A stretch of 64,000 nucleotides of DNA from Octopus vulgaris (GCA_951406725.2 OX597831.1:79174001-79238000); one strand, 5' to 3'. Numbered from the stretch's first letter, positions 1 through 14,595 are shown. The notes: generated from the sequence alone by a model not told the origin. Numbers and translations: made by a program.

Positions 1-169
1 CGACGAAGACGACAAGAGGAAGAGTAAAATTATTAAAGACATCAAGAAGAACAATAACAACAATGACATTAACAATAAGAATTAAAAGAATACCAACAAT
101 AATAACAATAATAACATAAAAGAATGGTAACAAGTATACAGCAAGCAATAAACATACAAGAAAAAGGAG

Positions 170-325
170 GAGGTGGGGGAGAAGGAAGAGAAGGTGAAGG
201 AGAAAACGACGAAGAAGAAGAAAAAGAAGAAAAAGAAGAAGAAGAAGAAGAAGAAGAAGAAGGAGAGAAGGTGAAGGAAGATGATGATGAAGAAGAAGTA
301 GGAGAAGAAGAAGAAGAAGAAGAAG

Positions 326-357
<32 letters not shown>

Positions 358-600
358 GAAGAAGAAGAAGAAGAAGAAGAAGAAGAAGAAGAAGGAGAAG
401 AAGAAGAAGAAGAAGAAGAAGAAGAAGAAGAAGAAGAAGAAGAAGAAGAAGAAGAAGAAGGTGAAGGAGAAGACGAAGAAGAAGAAGAAGGAGGAGTTGA
501 AGAAGAAGATGATGATGATGAAGAAGCAGAAAAAGAAGAAGAAAAAGAAGAAGAAGAAAAAGAAGATGAAGAAGAAGAAGAAGGAGAAGAAGAAGAAGAA
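170..600 (+). repeat. (GAA)n-rich trinucleotide microsatellite
   Basis: Long runs of gaa with gga/gat interruptions; explains the poly-E/poly-S/poly-F ORFs. Confidence 0.95.
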
Positions 601-984
601 ATTTCTTGTATTAGCCAGAGGGGCGTAAATGAGAGTGACAATAATAATAACAATCATATTAATAATGACAATAACACAACAACAGCAATTATTGAAGCAT
701 TAATTAGAAGAGTAAGAAAAAGGAAGATTGCGATTGTGATAAAAACGAAAATAATCAACAAAGCTACAACAACAGTGACAATAACAACACCAATAATAAT
801 AATAATAATAACATGGACGACGTCCTTAATAAGACTCACGATGACGATGACGACGACGACGTTAATAACAACAACAGCCACAAACGGGAATTCTTCGGCA
901 AAGACTATTAAGAAAAGAAGCAAGTTTGGTAGGTTCAAGTCTTTTATTCTTGGATTCGTGACATGTGTTTGGTATGGAGGAATG

Positions 985-2177
985 GAGGTGAGGGGTGGGG
1001 GTGCTGGTGATGGTATTGGTGCTGAGGATTGTTGTTGTTGTTGTGGTGGTGCTGCTGCTGCTTGTGCTGGTGGTGGTGGCGAAATTGGTGGTGATGGTGT
1101 TGGCGGTGGTGGTCGTGGTGGTGTTTGTCGTGCCGGTTGTAGCGTTGGTCGTGATGGTGGTGGGGTTACAGCAGGTGGTAGTGGTGATGGTGGTGGTGGT
1201 GGTAGTACTGATGGTTATTATTGTGATCGTGGTGGTGTTAGTGATGGTGGTGGTAGTGGGGCTTAATTTGTTAATTGGCTTTCTGCTGGTAGTGATATGT
1301 TGGAATGGTAAGCATGTCTTCACTGATGGTATTCAATGATGGGGTTGTGGGAGATGGTGTTGGTGGTGGTGGTACATATGGTTGTGGTAGTGGTGGTGGT
1401 GGTACTGATGGTTGTGTTAGTGATGGTTGTGGGAGGTGGTGGTAGTGGTGGTAGTACTGATGGTTGTGATACTGATGGTTGTGGTGGTGGTGGTTGATGG
1501 AGGTGGTGGTGGTAGGGGTGGTGGTAGTACTGATGGTTGTGATAGTGGTCGTGGTGGTAGTACTGATGGTTGTGGTAGTGGTGGGGGTACTGATGGTTGT
1601 GGCTGTGGTGGTGGTGGTACTGATGGTTGTGTTAGTGGTGGTGGTGGTACTGATGGTTGTGTTAGTGGTGGTTGTGGGAGGTGGTGGTGGTGGTACTGAT
1701 GGTTGTGGTAGTGGTGGTGGTGGTGATGATGGGGGTGGTGGTGGTTGTGGTTGTAATGATGGTGGTGGTTTTAGTGGCTTAGTGCTTGCATTGGTTGTGG
1801 TGGTAGTGGTTGCGGTAGTTGCGGTTGTGGCGGATTGGTGGGGCCTGATTTGTTCATTGGTTTTCTGCTGATAGAAATATGTCGGAATGGTAAGCATATC
1901 CTCACTGATGGTATTCTGCCGACATTGCAAGTTTTGTAGGGTCTGCTTTAGGGGTAGTTTGTTACCAAATAACGCGGTTGAGGATGCTAATGCTGACGAA
2001 GGTTGCTGGTGGTGATGATGCAGCAACTGCTGCTGCTGATGATGATAATGATGATGATGAAGATGATACGATGAGGAGGAGGAGGAGGAGTAGGAAAATA
2101 ATGCTGCTGAAGATAATGATGTTGATGTTTACAGTAATGATGATGAGGAGAAGCAAGGAAAACGACGATGAGGATGA

Positions 2178-2273
<96 letters not shown>

Positions 2274-2557
2274 CGACGATGATGATGATGACGATGAGAA
2301 GGATGACGATGATGATGATGACGATGAGAAGGATGATGATGATGATGAAGATGACGATTGCCACGACGATGACGTTGGATACAACGATGACGATGATGAT
2401 GATGAGGTTGTGGAGGAGGAGCAGAAAGGGAGAACACTAAGAGAAGGAAGAGGAGGGAGAGGATGACGATGAGGAGGGGAAGATGATCATGAAAATGATG
2501 AGGGTGAGTCGTGCTAATAATAATAATATTATTAGCAACATTCGAACGTACAGCGGC

Positions 2558-2637
<80 letters not shown>

Positions 2638-2948
2638 AGGTAGTAGTTAGAGTTAGAGAAGGAAATGCATGCTGTTTGTGCTGGTGGTTTTGGTAACGAT
2701 AATGGTGGCGTCGTGCGAATGGCTGATTCGTGATTATGGAGTATTGTGATATTAATGGTGGTGGGGGAGATGATGATGATAATGGTGATAGTGGCGGTGG
2801 TGGTGGTGGTGGTATTATGATGGCACCAAAACTGTTGTTGTTGATGTTGTTGTTGTCAACGACGTGACGTCATCGTCGTCGTCTTCGCCGTCATTAGTTA
2901 TTCTTGATGTTACCATCATTGAAGTTCCTATCGTGACGATGATGGCGG

Positions 2949-3006
<58 letters not shown>

Positions 3007-3162
3007 AACGATGATGATGATGATAACGACGACGACGATGATGACGATGATGATGACGATGATGATGATGATGATGAAAGTTATTGCTGCAGTATTGGCT
3101 GAGTTTTTATTCGTGATACAGTCGGTGTTAAAGGTTTTTTAGCCATTGCAGATAATAAAATA

Positions 3163-3204
<42 letters not shown>

Positions 3205-3435
3205 AAGTATTAGTAGTAGTAGAAGTAGTAGTAGTAGTAGTGCCTGCAGCGGCAATGGCGGTGGTGGTGTGCTGTTGGAGGATGTGTTCTGGTGGTGCTG
3301 GTAGTAGTTTTGCGGTTGTAATATTGGTGACTGTGATTGTGCAATTTGGTGGTCATTATGGCTGTAGTGATGGTGATGTTGGTGGTTCTGCTGCCGCTGC
3401 TGCTGCTAATGGTAATGATGAAGATGATGATGATT

Positions 3436-3505
<70 letters not shown>

Positions 3506-3520
3506 GGAGGAGGAGTGATG
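985..3520. repeat. Compound low-complexity region of (GGT)n, (GCT)n, (GAT)n and (GTA)n, with a 21-24 bp minisatellite ggtggtagtactgatggttgt (about 1190-1720)
   Basis: Repeats are directly visible; the unit 'tactgatggttgt' recurs about 10 times. Confidence 0.9.
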
Positions 3521-3921
3521 TAATTATGGTAGGAGTACATGTCAAGAATAACAGTACCAAACTCTCACTCACAGATTACAGCAGACCGTCGTAAATGTCA
3601 AAGAACACTTCAGAGACTTCACTACTTGTAACACTGAGTTTGAATAAAACACGATGGTCTTCATTGGAACAATGTTGATGAAAGATCCACTTGATCACAG
3701 ATTGACCTTGGGCTAAACTGTAACGGCTAAAACTACAACAGTAACAACGAAGTCGACGAACGACGATTACAAGCGAAACTACTTAGGACAACATTAAAGA
3801 TTTGGCGGCCCCAATACCAGCCCCAGGAATGCGTCTAATATGCAAATCGGTGTATCCAATAACTTAACATTGCTGTATGCGGAGGCTATATAAGCAATGT
3901 CTTCGGAGGCAATAGTTAGAT

Positions 3922-4152
3922 CAGTGGTTCTCAAATTGGGCAGTATTGCTCCCCTTGGGAGCAGTGGAAAGTTCTAAGGGGGCGTCGAAGAAAAGTAAGG
4001 CAATATTGGGATAGCGGTTTATAAAAAAAAAAAAACAGCAACATAATGGATTCATTAGGTTTAAGTTTTATTTGTGAAATACAGTCGCTTTGAATTTGCT
4101 TCAGAAAGCGGTCTATGGTTGTGGTGTTTAGTTGGGGTGGGGGTAACCACTG
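3922..4152. mobile_element. hAT (Charlie/MER5-like) non-autonomous MITE
   Basis: Termini CAGTGGTT...AACCACTG; 8-bp TSD agttagat (3914-3921) / ggttagat (4153-4160); no ORF. Confidence 0.75.
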
Positions 4153-4426
4153 GGTTAGATGAGTGCTGAAGAAGGGGCACAACCCCCGAATCATGGAATA
4201 TACACTTATTACCCACTTTTGTCTTCTATATATAGGTTCTACGAAATATCTGTAGAAATAACTTCAACAAAATAACTTAGGACAACTTCCGAAAATATTT
4301 TTCGTACACAGAAAATACAGCCAGGAAAATAAATGTAGACGTTCTAGGATGTGTTGGATTTTTAAAACAATTCTCTTCCCGTTCATTAATTATCAGTGAT
4401 AATCCATTTTATTATTCCCAATCAAT

Positions 4427-4660
4427 GCGGCGAGGTGGCCGAAACATTAGCACGCTGGGCGAAATGCTTAGCGGTATTTCGTCTGCCGTTACGTTCTGAG
4501 ATCAAATTCCGCCGAGGTCGGCTTTGTCTTTCAGCCTTTCGGGGTCGATAAATTAACTACCAGTTACGCACTGGAGTTGAGGTAATCGACTTAATCCGTT
4601 TGTCTGTCCTTGTTTGTCCTCTCTGTGTTTAGCCCCTTGTGGGTAGTAAAGAAATAGGTA
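4427..4660 (+). mobile_element. tRNA-like SINE family A, full copy with tail type i
   Basis: gcggcgaggtggccgaaacattagcacgctgggcgaaatgcttagcggtatttcg...tcaaattccgccgaggtc...cctttcggggtcgataaatta; closely matches the copy at 54431. Confidence 0.85.
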
Positions 4661-4968
4661 TTTCGTTTGTCTTTATATTCTTGTACCTAGAGTAGAAAGT
4701 TATTATTCCCTTTGTAGATAATACATTAGCCAGAATACATATATAAATGCAAACATACATACATATATGTGGGTGTATGTGTGTACGTATGTATGTACTA
4801 TATGTATATATGAAAATTTTCCTCAAATGTATTCCCTTTTTGGAAAAAGTATTTTGGGAAACGGAATGGCATGAAAATATTGAAATGAGGTTTACTTATT
4901 ACATTTGCGTAATATGCGCGCATATGTAAGTAAAAAATTGATCATATATATATATTATATTATATTGT

Positions 4969-5088
<120 letters not shown>

Positions 5089-5229
5089 CAAAACAATACA
5101 AAGCGCATTGTGACCAGCGATGGTAGCAACACACGGTGATATATATACACACACACTGGGTGAATTGTGTGTATTTTATACTTTCCATTCCGCACATGCA
5201 CATTGTTTGTTTTGGATTTTGTCGACTAC

Positions 5230-5960
5230 ACAGTATAGTAGGGTGAGTTGGGCACCGTCTGTGAGCACCATGACGCAATTCACTCTGCCAGAAAATTGGA
5301 AACGACGCACCGTACCGCCTGGCATTCGCGCCGGAATTTCTAACATTTCAAAGTGTCTGGGTGTCAATTTGAGAACAGTGCCATTTCAGATCATGGAGCG
5401 AGAGTGATAAAAATCAAACATCCTGTCAACATTATGGTGTTTGGAGTGATCACTAATAATGGCGACCTTATTTTTCCATACATCTTTCCATACGGCCACG
5501 CACTCAACACGGAGGCCTACATCAAGTACCTGGAGGAGGTAGTGCTGCCCTGGGTGAAGAGAGTGGCTGCTGAAAGACCCTCTATCCGGCATAAGGACTC
5601 TGCACGATGCCACACAAGCAAGAGAACCCACTCATGGCTGTCAGACAATTTCTGCGACTACGTCACTCCTAACATCTAACCACCTAACTCCTCAAACTGC
5701 AACCCCCTTCATCATTATATGGGGGCGCAGTTGAGCCAGAGACAAACAAATCTGTTTGTAACACCAAAGGCAAGGATTATTGCAGCTTTCAGCAACTTAA
5801 ACAGAAGATCTGCAGGAGATTTCGTTGTCGGCTGCAGACGGTGGTTGAAGTCAATGGCGCTCTTATTGAATAAATTTACTCTTTAGTATTTCAAGATATA
5901 GTCATGTAGTTTTAGTAAATAAATCTGTTAAAATGAGATTTCAGTGTTATTTTCATTTTT
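5230..5960 (+). mobile_element. maT/DD37D Tc1-mariner transposase relic, internally deleted
   Basis: KHPVNIMVFGVIT...LNTEAYIKYLEEVVLPW...KDSARCHTSK...NI*PPNSSNCNPLH. There are 37 residues between the second D and the mutated third D position. Ends approximate. Confidence 0.75.
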
Positions 5961-6099
5961 GTTTTAATTTCGACAGCACTTGAATCGCCGTACCGTTTAT
6001 TTATATTGGGCCTATGGTATTTTGTGCTGAGATGCAATTGACTGCTTATGTGTTCAATTGCCAGGTTAATTCAAACGTTCCCCCAGCGTACATCATTTC

Positions 6100-6320
6100 T
6101 TTTATTAGTTTCAGTCATTTGACTGCGGCCATGCTGGGGCACCTCCTTGAAGAATTTTGCTGTAGAATGAATCGTTCGAGTATTCTTTTTTAAGCCTGCT
6201 ATTCATTCCGGCGTTCTCTCTAATTGAATCGTTTATATACGGGACTTACGTATATAACCAACACCATTTTTCAAGCGGTGGTAGCGGACAAACAAGGACA
6301 CAAAGACATACACACAGATA
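6100..6320 (-). mobile_element. SINE family B, 3' module
   Basis: gtttcagtcatttgactgcggccatgctgg matches the reverse complement of the family B tail. Confidence 0.75.
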
Positions 6321-6324
6321 GCTA

Positions 6325-6361
6325 TATATCTATCTATCAATCCATCTACCTACCTACCTAC

Positions 6362-6426
<65 letters not shown>

Positions 6427-6474
6427 AATCCATCTACCTACCTGTCTGTCTGACAGTCTATCTGTCTGTCTGTC

Positions 6475-6536
<62 letters not shown>

Positions 6537-6690
6537 CATCTACCTACCTGTCTTTCTGTCTGTCTGTCTGTCTGTCTATGTATGTATGTATGTATGTATG
6601 TATCTATCTATCTATCTATCTATCTATCTGTCTGTCTATCTATCTATATATCTATCTATCTATACATGCATATATATATATGTATGTGAC
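6325..6690. repeat. (TATC)n/(TGTC)n tetranucleotide microsatellite
   Basis: Directly visible. Confidence 0.95.
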
Positions 6691-6890
6691 CTCGTGAAGA
6701 CGACCTGCAATTTTTTTTCCTGTCCTCCCGTCTCGGGATCTTTCTTTCTTTCTCTTATGTGTCCGACGAAGATTTCCGCTCGAAACGTCATACCCTCCTT
6801 CTTCCATTTTCCTGAGCGCCTAATAATAATAATACTGTAATTGTTCCACGTGTTGTTGTTTTTTCTGTTTTCCCGTTTGGATTAACCTTA
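6690..6890 (+). mobile_element. pLTR-like repeat with a degenerate minimal hammerhead (6759-6793); same family as 21290-21545
   Basis: ccgacga-a-gatttccgctc-gaaac-gtc; the downstream cctgagcg...ttgttccacgt...tggattaac-(TA)n is shared with the 21.3 kb copy. Confidence 0.6.
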
Positions 6891-6946
6891 TATATATATA
6901 TACATATATATACATACATACATATATATATAGACACACACACACG

Positions 6947-7030
<84 letters not shown>

Positions 7031-7032
<2 letters not shown>

Positions 7033-7385
7033 CATGGCTGTGTGGTAAGATGCTTGCTTCCTCACCACCTGTGACACCTTGGATAAGTGTCCTCTACTAT
7101 AGTCTTGGGCCGACCAGATTCCCTGTGAGTGGAGTTGGTAGACGGAAACTGAAAGAAAATTCTCTCTGTTTATTTCCTTTTGTTCTTTTCTGTTGAAGAG
7201 CGTGGGCTCGAAACGTAAAAGTCTTTCTCACCTTCCCGACCGTCAGTTCGCCAAAAAGATACCGATAGAATTAGTAGCAGTCTTACAAAGAATAAGTCCA
7301 GGAGGTCGTCGACTTTGCTTCGACTAAAAGGCGGTGCTCCAGCATGGCCGTAGTAAAATGACTGAAACAAGTAAAAGAATAAAAG
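7031..7385 (+). mobile_element. SINE family B copy whose central part is replaced by a hammerhead-bearing fragment (about 7160-7245)
   Basis: Head ggcatggctgtgtggtaag and the B tail are present; the middle reads ctgttga-a-gagc-gtgg-gctc-gaaac-gta-aaag. Confidence 0.75.
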
Positions 7386-7401
7386 GATACAAGAATATAT
7401 A

Positions 7402-7830
7402 GCCCAGGAGTGGCTGTGTGGTAAGTAGCTTGTTTACCAACCACATCGTTCCGGGTTCAGTCCCACTGTGTGGCACCTTGGGAAGTGTCTTCTACTATAG
7501 CCTCGGGCCGACCAAAGCCTTGTGAGTGGATTTGGTAGACGGAAACTGAAAGAAGCCCGTCGTATATATGTATATATATATATGTATATATATATGTATA
7601 TATATATATATGTGTGCGTGTGTGTTTGTGTGTCTGTGTTTGTCCCCCTAGCATTGCTTGACAGCCGATGCTGGTGTGTTTATGTCCCCGTCACTTAGCG
7701 GTTCGGCGAAAGAGACCGATAGAATAAGTACTGGGCTTACAAAGAATAAGTACCAAGGGTCGAGTTGTTCGATTAAAGGCGGTGCTCCAGCATGGCCGCA
7801 GTCAAATGACTGAAACAAGTAAAAGAGAGA
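7402..7830 (+). mobile_element. SINE family B, full length (tRNA-like head, CORE-like start, internal TA/TG microsatellite, 3' module)
   Basis: A box tggctgtgtgg, B box gggttcagtccc, ggcaccttgggaagtgtctt, tail gcggtgctccagcatggccgcagtcaaatgactgaaacaagtaaaaga. Confidence 0.9.
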
Positions 7831-8811
7831 AAAGAGAAAGAGATATGAAAGGAACGGGCGAGCGAATTTCTCTGACAAACCAATATTCATTCCTCCCGTT
7901 GGTTGGCCAATAAAAACAAATATTTGTGTTTTCTATTTTTTTTTTTGGTTCTCTTTGGCGGAATGCGATTGGTTCGTCTTTGGAAACACGTCAAGCTGAC
8001 ATGGCAGCCCGTGTACATGGTTCGCTATTTGCGGTGTTTGTGTTCTTGTTGTTGACGTATGTTGGTGGTTCCGGTGGTGGTGGTGGTGATGGTGGCGGTG
8101 GTCGATATAGTGGTGGTGTTGGTGATAGTGTTTGTGGTGACGTTGGTAGTGGTAAACCTTTTTTGCCGTTGTTGTTGATATAGTTGTTGGTGTTAACGAG
8201 TGTGGCGGTGGTGGTTTTGGGTGGCAGTTGGTAATTGCGGTGGTGGTGGTGGTGGTGGTGGTGGTGGTGTTGATGCTGCTGCTGTTGCTGCTTCTGCTGG
8301 TGCTGGTGGCGGAGATGGTCGTGCTGCTGATAACGGTGCTAATGGTGTTGCTGCTGCTGGTGGTGGTGGTAGTATGTTTTTTGCCGTTGTTGATATAGTT
8401 GTTGATGTTAACGAGGGTGGCGGTGGTGGTGTTGGGTGGCTGTTGGTAGTTGCGGTGGTGGTGGTGGCGGTACTGGTGGTGGTGGTACTAGTGGTGGTGG
8501 TGGTGGTGTTGGTGGTGGTGGTCTGCTGTGGTCTGCAGTTAGTGGTGGTAGCGGTGCCGATGGTGTTGGTGGTGGTCGTGGTGCGAGTAATTGTTTTCTT
8601 GATGTTCTTCTTCATGTCGTTGTTGTTAACGGTAGGGTTGGTGGCGATGATGATGATGATGAGGATAATGATGATGTTCCTGTTGTTGTTGTTGTTGCTA
8701 GTGAGGGGTGGTGGAGGTGTTGGTAATGGCGGCGATGGTTTTTACTGCTAATGCTGTCCGTTATTGTCAGTTATTGTTATTCTTGTAACTCATATATATT
8801 TTCATTACCTA

Positions 8812-8855
<44 letters not shown>

Positions 8856-9189
8856 AACATACGCACATACACATACACACAAATACGTACATATAGGCGC
8901 GCGCGTGCGAGCACAAACTCATATACACGAGTACTTATTTTCATTTATGTTTTTATGTACAGATGCAATTATATGTGCGTCCGTGCGTGCGCATGTGTGT
9001 GTGTATACTTTGTAGATAACACACACACAAACATACATACACACATACATATATACATACATAAAATAAATAGATAGATAGATAGAGACATACATAAATA
9101 GATAGGTAGACAAATATATAGATAGACAGATAGATAGATACCTACATACATACATAGATACATACATAAATAGGTAGGTACATAAATAC

Positions 9190-9220
<31 letters not shown>

Positions 9221-9222
9221 TT

Positions 9223-9256
<34 letters not shown>

Positions 9257-9348
9257 GTGTGTGTTTAGCAAATATATATATATATATGTATGTGTGTGTA
9301 TATGTATATACATGTATATATGTCTATATATATGTATATCTATGTGTA

Positions 9349-9404
<56 letters not shown>

Positions 9405-10086
9405 TACATACATATATATATATATACATAGGTGCATAAATATGCAGATGTATGTGTATGCGCGCGTGTGTGTGTGTGTGCATACGGCAGTCTAGGTGTA
9501 AAAAAAAACCTTTTGTCTCTCCACCGCGTATTATTGTATTTAAGCACACTCACACACACTCCCCCACACACATCACACACACTCACACAAACAAACACAC
9601 ACACACACATACACCAGCATACAAACAAACTTACAGCGCCGATGTAGTTTCTGGACAAAGTTGTTGGGCAAATTTGTGACCGCCGCGATTTGGACAAACG
9701 AAAAACAGAGGACAGAAGGACGAACAGACAAACGGACGGACGGGCGGACAAAATAGTTTATATTATTTGCGGATATTGTGAAAAACGATATTGTCCAAGC
9801 AAATTGAACCACGGTAATATCGCCATAGATTGGCAAGACTTTATGGTGTACATTTATATTCTCTCTGCTTCATATATCGCTCATTCTCCGAGATTATTTA
9901 GTTAAAAGGTTGAAAGGAGCCGAGCCGATATTTAATCATTCCTACAGCTAAAGAACCTTTTATCTTTCCTCATTGAACTGTGTATGTATGTATGTATGTA
10001 TGTATGTATGTATGTATGTATGTATGTATGTATGTATGTATGCATGCATGTATGTATGTATGTATACATATGGATATATATGGATA

Positions 10087-10130
<44 letters not shown>

Positions 10131-10464
10131 TATATGTAAATATATATACGAAAATGAATATATATATATATATGTGTGTGTGTATTATATATAGGCCCAC
10201 ACGCATTACGTATCTATTTATGCATTCATATAATCATATCTTGACGTGTCTGTGTGTATAGATAGACAGATAGATAGATAGATATAGTTAAATGAATGTG
10301 TATGCAAGTAAGTATATGTATATATATATATGTATATATATATTGGAATATGGTTATATGAATGTATAAATAGATATGTAATGCTTGTGGTTATACATAT
10401 ACACATATGTCTGTATGTATGGACATGTATGAATATATTAATGCATACATATATGAATGCATTG

Positions 10465-10505
<41 letters not shown>

Positions 10506-10972
10506 CATACATACATATATATATATATACACACACATATATATATATGTGTGTGTGTGTATGTTTTTTGGGGCCTGCTAATGCGTCCGTTTCGGATCAA
10601 TGACAATGATGCTGATGCTATGGTCTTCGTCATCATCATCGTCACAATCATCCATATCATGCACATAACTATCACCCACACACCCACCATCACGTCTGTC
10701 ATCGCTGGCCTCGCAACGGTCAATGTCATCATCGTAGCCGCCATCTTCATTGTAGTTATTTCCGTCCAACGTAGTCGTCGTCGTCATCATCATCATCATC
10801 ATCAAACTCTTATCGCAATTAATTCCCTTTTTATTGATGATGTTGTTTCTCCTGGTTTATGACGTTGGTCTTGTTATTGCTGTTATTATTGCCTCGCTTA
10901 TTTTCCAGTTGTTTTCCTTGATATTGCAATCACAAAGAAATTACGTATATACATCAGTTTCGCTACTGTTTC

Positions 10973-11023
<51 letters not shown>

Positions 11024-11086
11024 CTATAGATAGATAGATATATGTATATATATATATATATACCTATATCTATCTATCTATCTATA

Positions 11087-11120
<34 letters not shown>

Positions 11121-11589
11121 CATATATACAAATGTATATTTCCGTATGTATATATATATATATATATATATACATAAATTCATTAATTTACATACATACC
11201 TAGATTTATACATATGTATGTATATGTATATATACATGTTATGTATATATATGTATATATATATATATGTATGTATGTATGTATATATATATACATATAT
11301 ATATGTGTACATATATATATGTATACGTGTCTGTGTATGTATATCTATCTATCTATCTATCTATCTATACATACATACATATATACCCAGACACACTTTC
11401 ATGTATGTGTCTGTGTGTGTGTGTATGTATGTGTACATATATATATACACACAGGAATATATACAGATAGACATGACTATAGAGAAGGACAGAGAGAGAG
11501 AGAGAGAGAGAGAGAGTTTATTAGATTCTGTCAAATCAAACAATATTCAATGCTTACTACGACTACTACAATCAGTAATAATAAAAATA

Positions 11590-11802
11590 AACCTTTCTGC
11601 TAAAGCGACGTGGCCTGAAATTGTGGGGAGGGGACTAATCGATTACATCGACCCCAGTGTTTCTCTGGTACTTAAATTATCGACCCCTAGAGCATGAAAG
11701 GCAAAGTCATCCCCTGTGGAATTTGAACTCAGATCCTAAAGACGGCCGAAATGCCGTGGAGCGTTTTGTCCGGTGCGTTAACGATTCTACCAGTTCGCCG
11801 TT
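11590..11802 (-). mobile_element. SINE family A, tail type ii
   Basis: Reverse complement of family A: cgattacatcgaccccagt...ggaatttgaactcaga...taacgattctaccagttcgccg. Confidence 0.8.
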
Positions 11803-12127
11803 TGAGTGAGGTTTATGACAATGATGACGGTGGTACTGCCGCCATTAAGAATGTTTGAAAGGATGAAATTTTCGTACTACTATCACTAAGATTCTTAGTA
11901 ACTATGGACCAATCGATAAATATATCGTTTTCATATGTGCGTATATATATGTATTTAAATATATATATATATGTATATAAACTCTGCCATGCACCAAATG
12001 TAAATTCCTAAAAAGCTTTCCTGAAGTAATATTATGTAGCAACACCAAATGGTGGTGCCCCAGCATGGCCATACCTCGTGAGCTGAAACTAGATGAAAAA
12101 AAATTATATATATATATATATACATAA

Positions 12128-12733
<606 letters not shown>

Positions 12734-12747
12734 ATAGATACATCTTG

Positions 12748-13104
12748 GCAATCCGTCGGTTACGACGACGTGGGCTCTAATTGATCCGTTCAATTAACTT
12801 GCAAGTGGCTGTGCACTCCGCAGACACGTATGCCCTTAACGTAGTTCTCCCGGAGATTCAACGTTATACAGTGTGTGACAAGGCTGGTCCTTTGGAATAC
12901 ATGTACAAGAGAAACAAGAAGAAAAGTTGAGAGAAAGTTGTGGTGAAAGAGTAAAGCAGGGTTCGCCACCACACCCTACCGAAACCTCATAGAACTTTAA
13001 GTGTTTTCGCTCTATAAACACTCACAACGCCCTGTCTAGGAATCGAAACCGCAATCCCACAACCGTGAGTCTCTTGCCCCAACGACAGGGCTAGTGGGCC
13101 TCCA
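12748..13104 (-). mobile_element. tRNA-like SINE family C
   Basis: Reverse complement of 47305-47660 (ggtttcgattcc B box; ctctttcaccacaactttctc). Confidence 0.85.
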
Positions 13105-13113
13105 CTGTAGATA

Positions 13114-14396
13114 TTAGGTTGGCAACTAAGTTCGCCTCGTTTTTTTTTAAGTTTGGAATTTATTGCGTTTTTAATTTTTTTAAATCTACTTTTTCGAGAA
13201 TTCTATTTTTGAATCATTTTGGAATCTATTTTGGTAATTGTAGTTAATTTTTGTTTATTTTCAGATCATTAAAATGGAATGTCAAATTAAGAAATACGAG
13301 CATTTTCGACACCTCCATTTTGCTTTTAATCAAGGTTCTAAGGCCGTAAAAGCTGCTCGCGACATTTGTGTTGCGTATGGAGAGGGTGCCATAGCTGAAA
13401 GAAGCGCTCGTGATTGGTATGCCAAGTTGAAAAATGGAAATTTTGACCTCAAAGACGCACCTCGTTCTGGCCGTCCAGTTGAGTTCCCTGAAAAGCGATT
13501 AATCTGACTTTTGCACGAACATTTTCGTCAAACGACAAGGAAACTGGTAGAGGAAATGGAATGCTCCAACACCGCTATAGAGAAGCATCTTCACTCGATG
13601 GGAAAGGTTCAGAAGTTTGGAGTATGGGTTCCGCATGCTTTAAGTGACAACAGCAAAAATCAACGAGCCACAATCTCCGCTGGTTTGCTTGCTCGTCATC
13701 GCTCAACTCATGGATACAAGCAACGATTTCTTTACCGAATCGTTACTGGCGACGAAAAATGGTGCCTGTACATCAATATAAAGCAGCATAAGGAATGGCT
13801 TAGCCCCAGTAAACAAGTGACACCGCGCGTTAAACAAGATCTTCAGCCGCATAAAATATGTTGTGTGTATGGTGGGACTGGGAAGGGATTATCCCATACG
13901 AATTGCTTGAACGGAACCAAACGGTCAACGCGAAACTCTATGTTCAACAGATGGAACGACTAAACACGGCTATTCAAGAGAAAATATCTAATCGTCAGCA
14001 CGGAGTTCTTCTGCTGCGCGACAACACCCGCCCTCATTTCGCCAATATGATCAAGGAAGCCATTCAAACGCATGGCTCGGAAGTGCTGCTACACACGCCG
14101 TACTCTCCTGATTTGGCACCAACGGATTTCCACCTCTTTCGATCTCTTTCAAATGCCATGTGCGGAGTTTTGTTCAATACTGATACAGAATTGAGAGCTT
14201 TGTTGGATCAATTTTTCGAGTCGAAATTGGGTGATTTTTACCAACAAGGTATTGAAAATTTTGTTGAACGTTGGGAAAAAGTTGTAAACAACAAGGGTGA
14301 ATACATTATTGATTAATTAATTGCTATTTTTCAGTAAACCTTTTAAAAGGTTTAAATTTTAAAAAAAAACCGGCGGGAACTTAGTTGCCAACCTAA
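13114..14396 (+). mobile_element. Full-length DD34D mariner transposon, mellifera-subfamily-like
   Basis: TIRs ttaggttggcaactaagttc / gaacttagttgccaacctaa; TA TSD on both sides; 1283 bp. Confidence 0.95.
13274..14316 (+). pseudogene. Mariner transposase pseudogene (stop at 13505-13507, frameshift near 13858)
   Basis: PRSGRP, WVPHAL, IVTGDEKW, DNTRPH and YSPDLAPTD motifs; exactly 34 residues between the last two Asp. Confidence 0.95.
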
Positions 14397-14595
14397 TACA
14401 TCTATGTATAAACACATACATATGTTTATATGGATATATATGTATACGTACATATACATAGACACACACAAATGTATATGTGAATATGTGACTGTATATG
14501 TGAATATGTGACTATATTTATGACACAAATAACATACAAATAATATACGCAGGTATGCTGATACGTATGTATGCATAGAGACATATACACATATT

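Noticed and set aside
124-1266. 380-aa poly-Glu/Gly ORF and overlapping reverse ORFs
   Set aside because: Translation of GAA/GGT microsatellites that lack stops in several frames; no domain.
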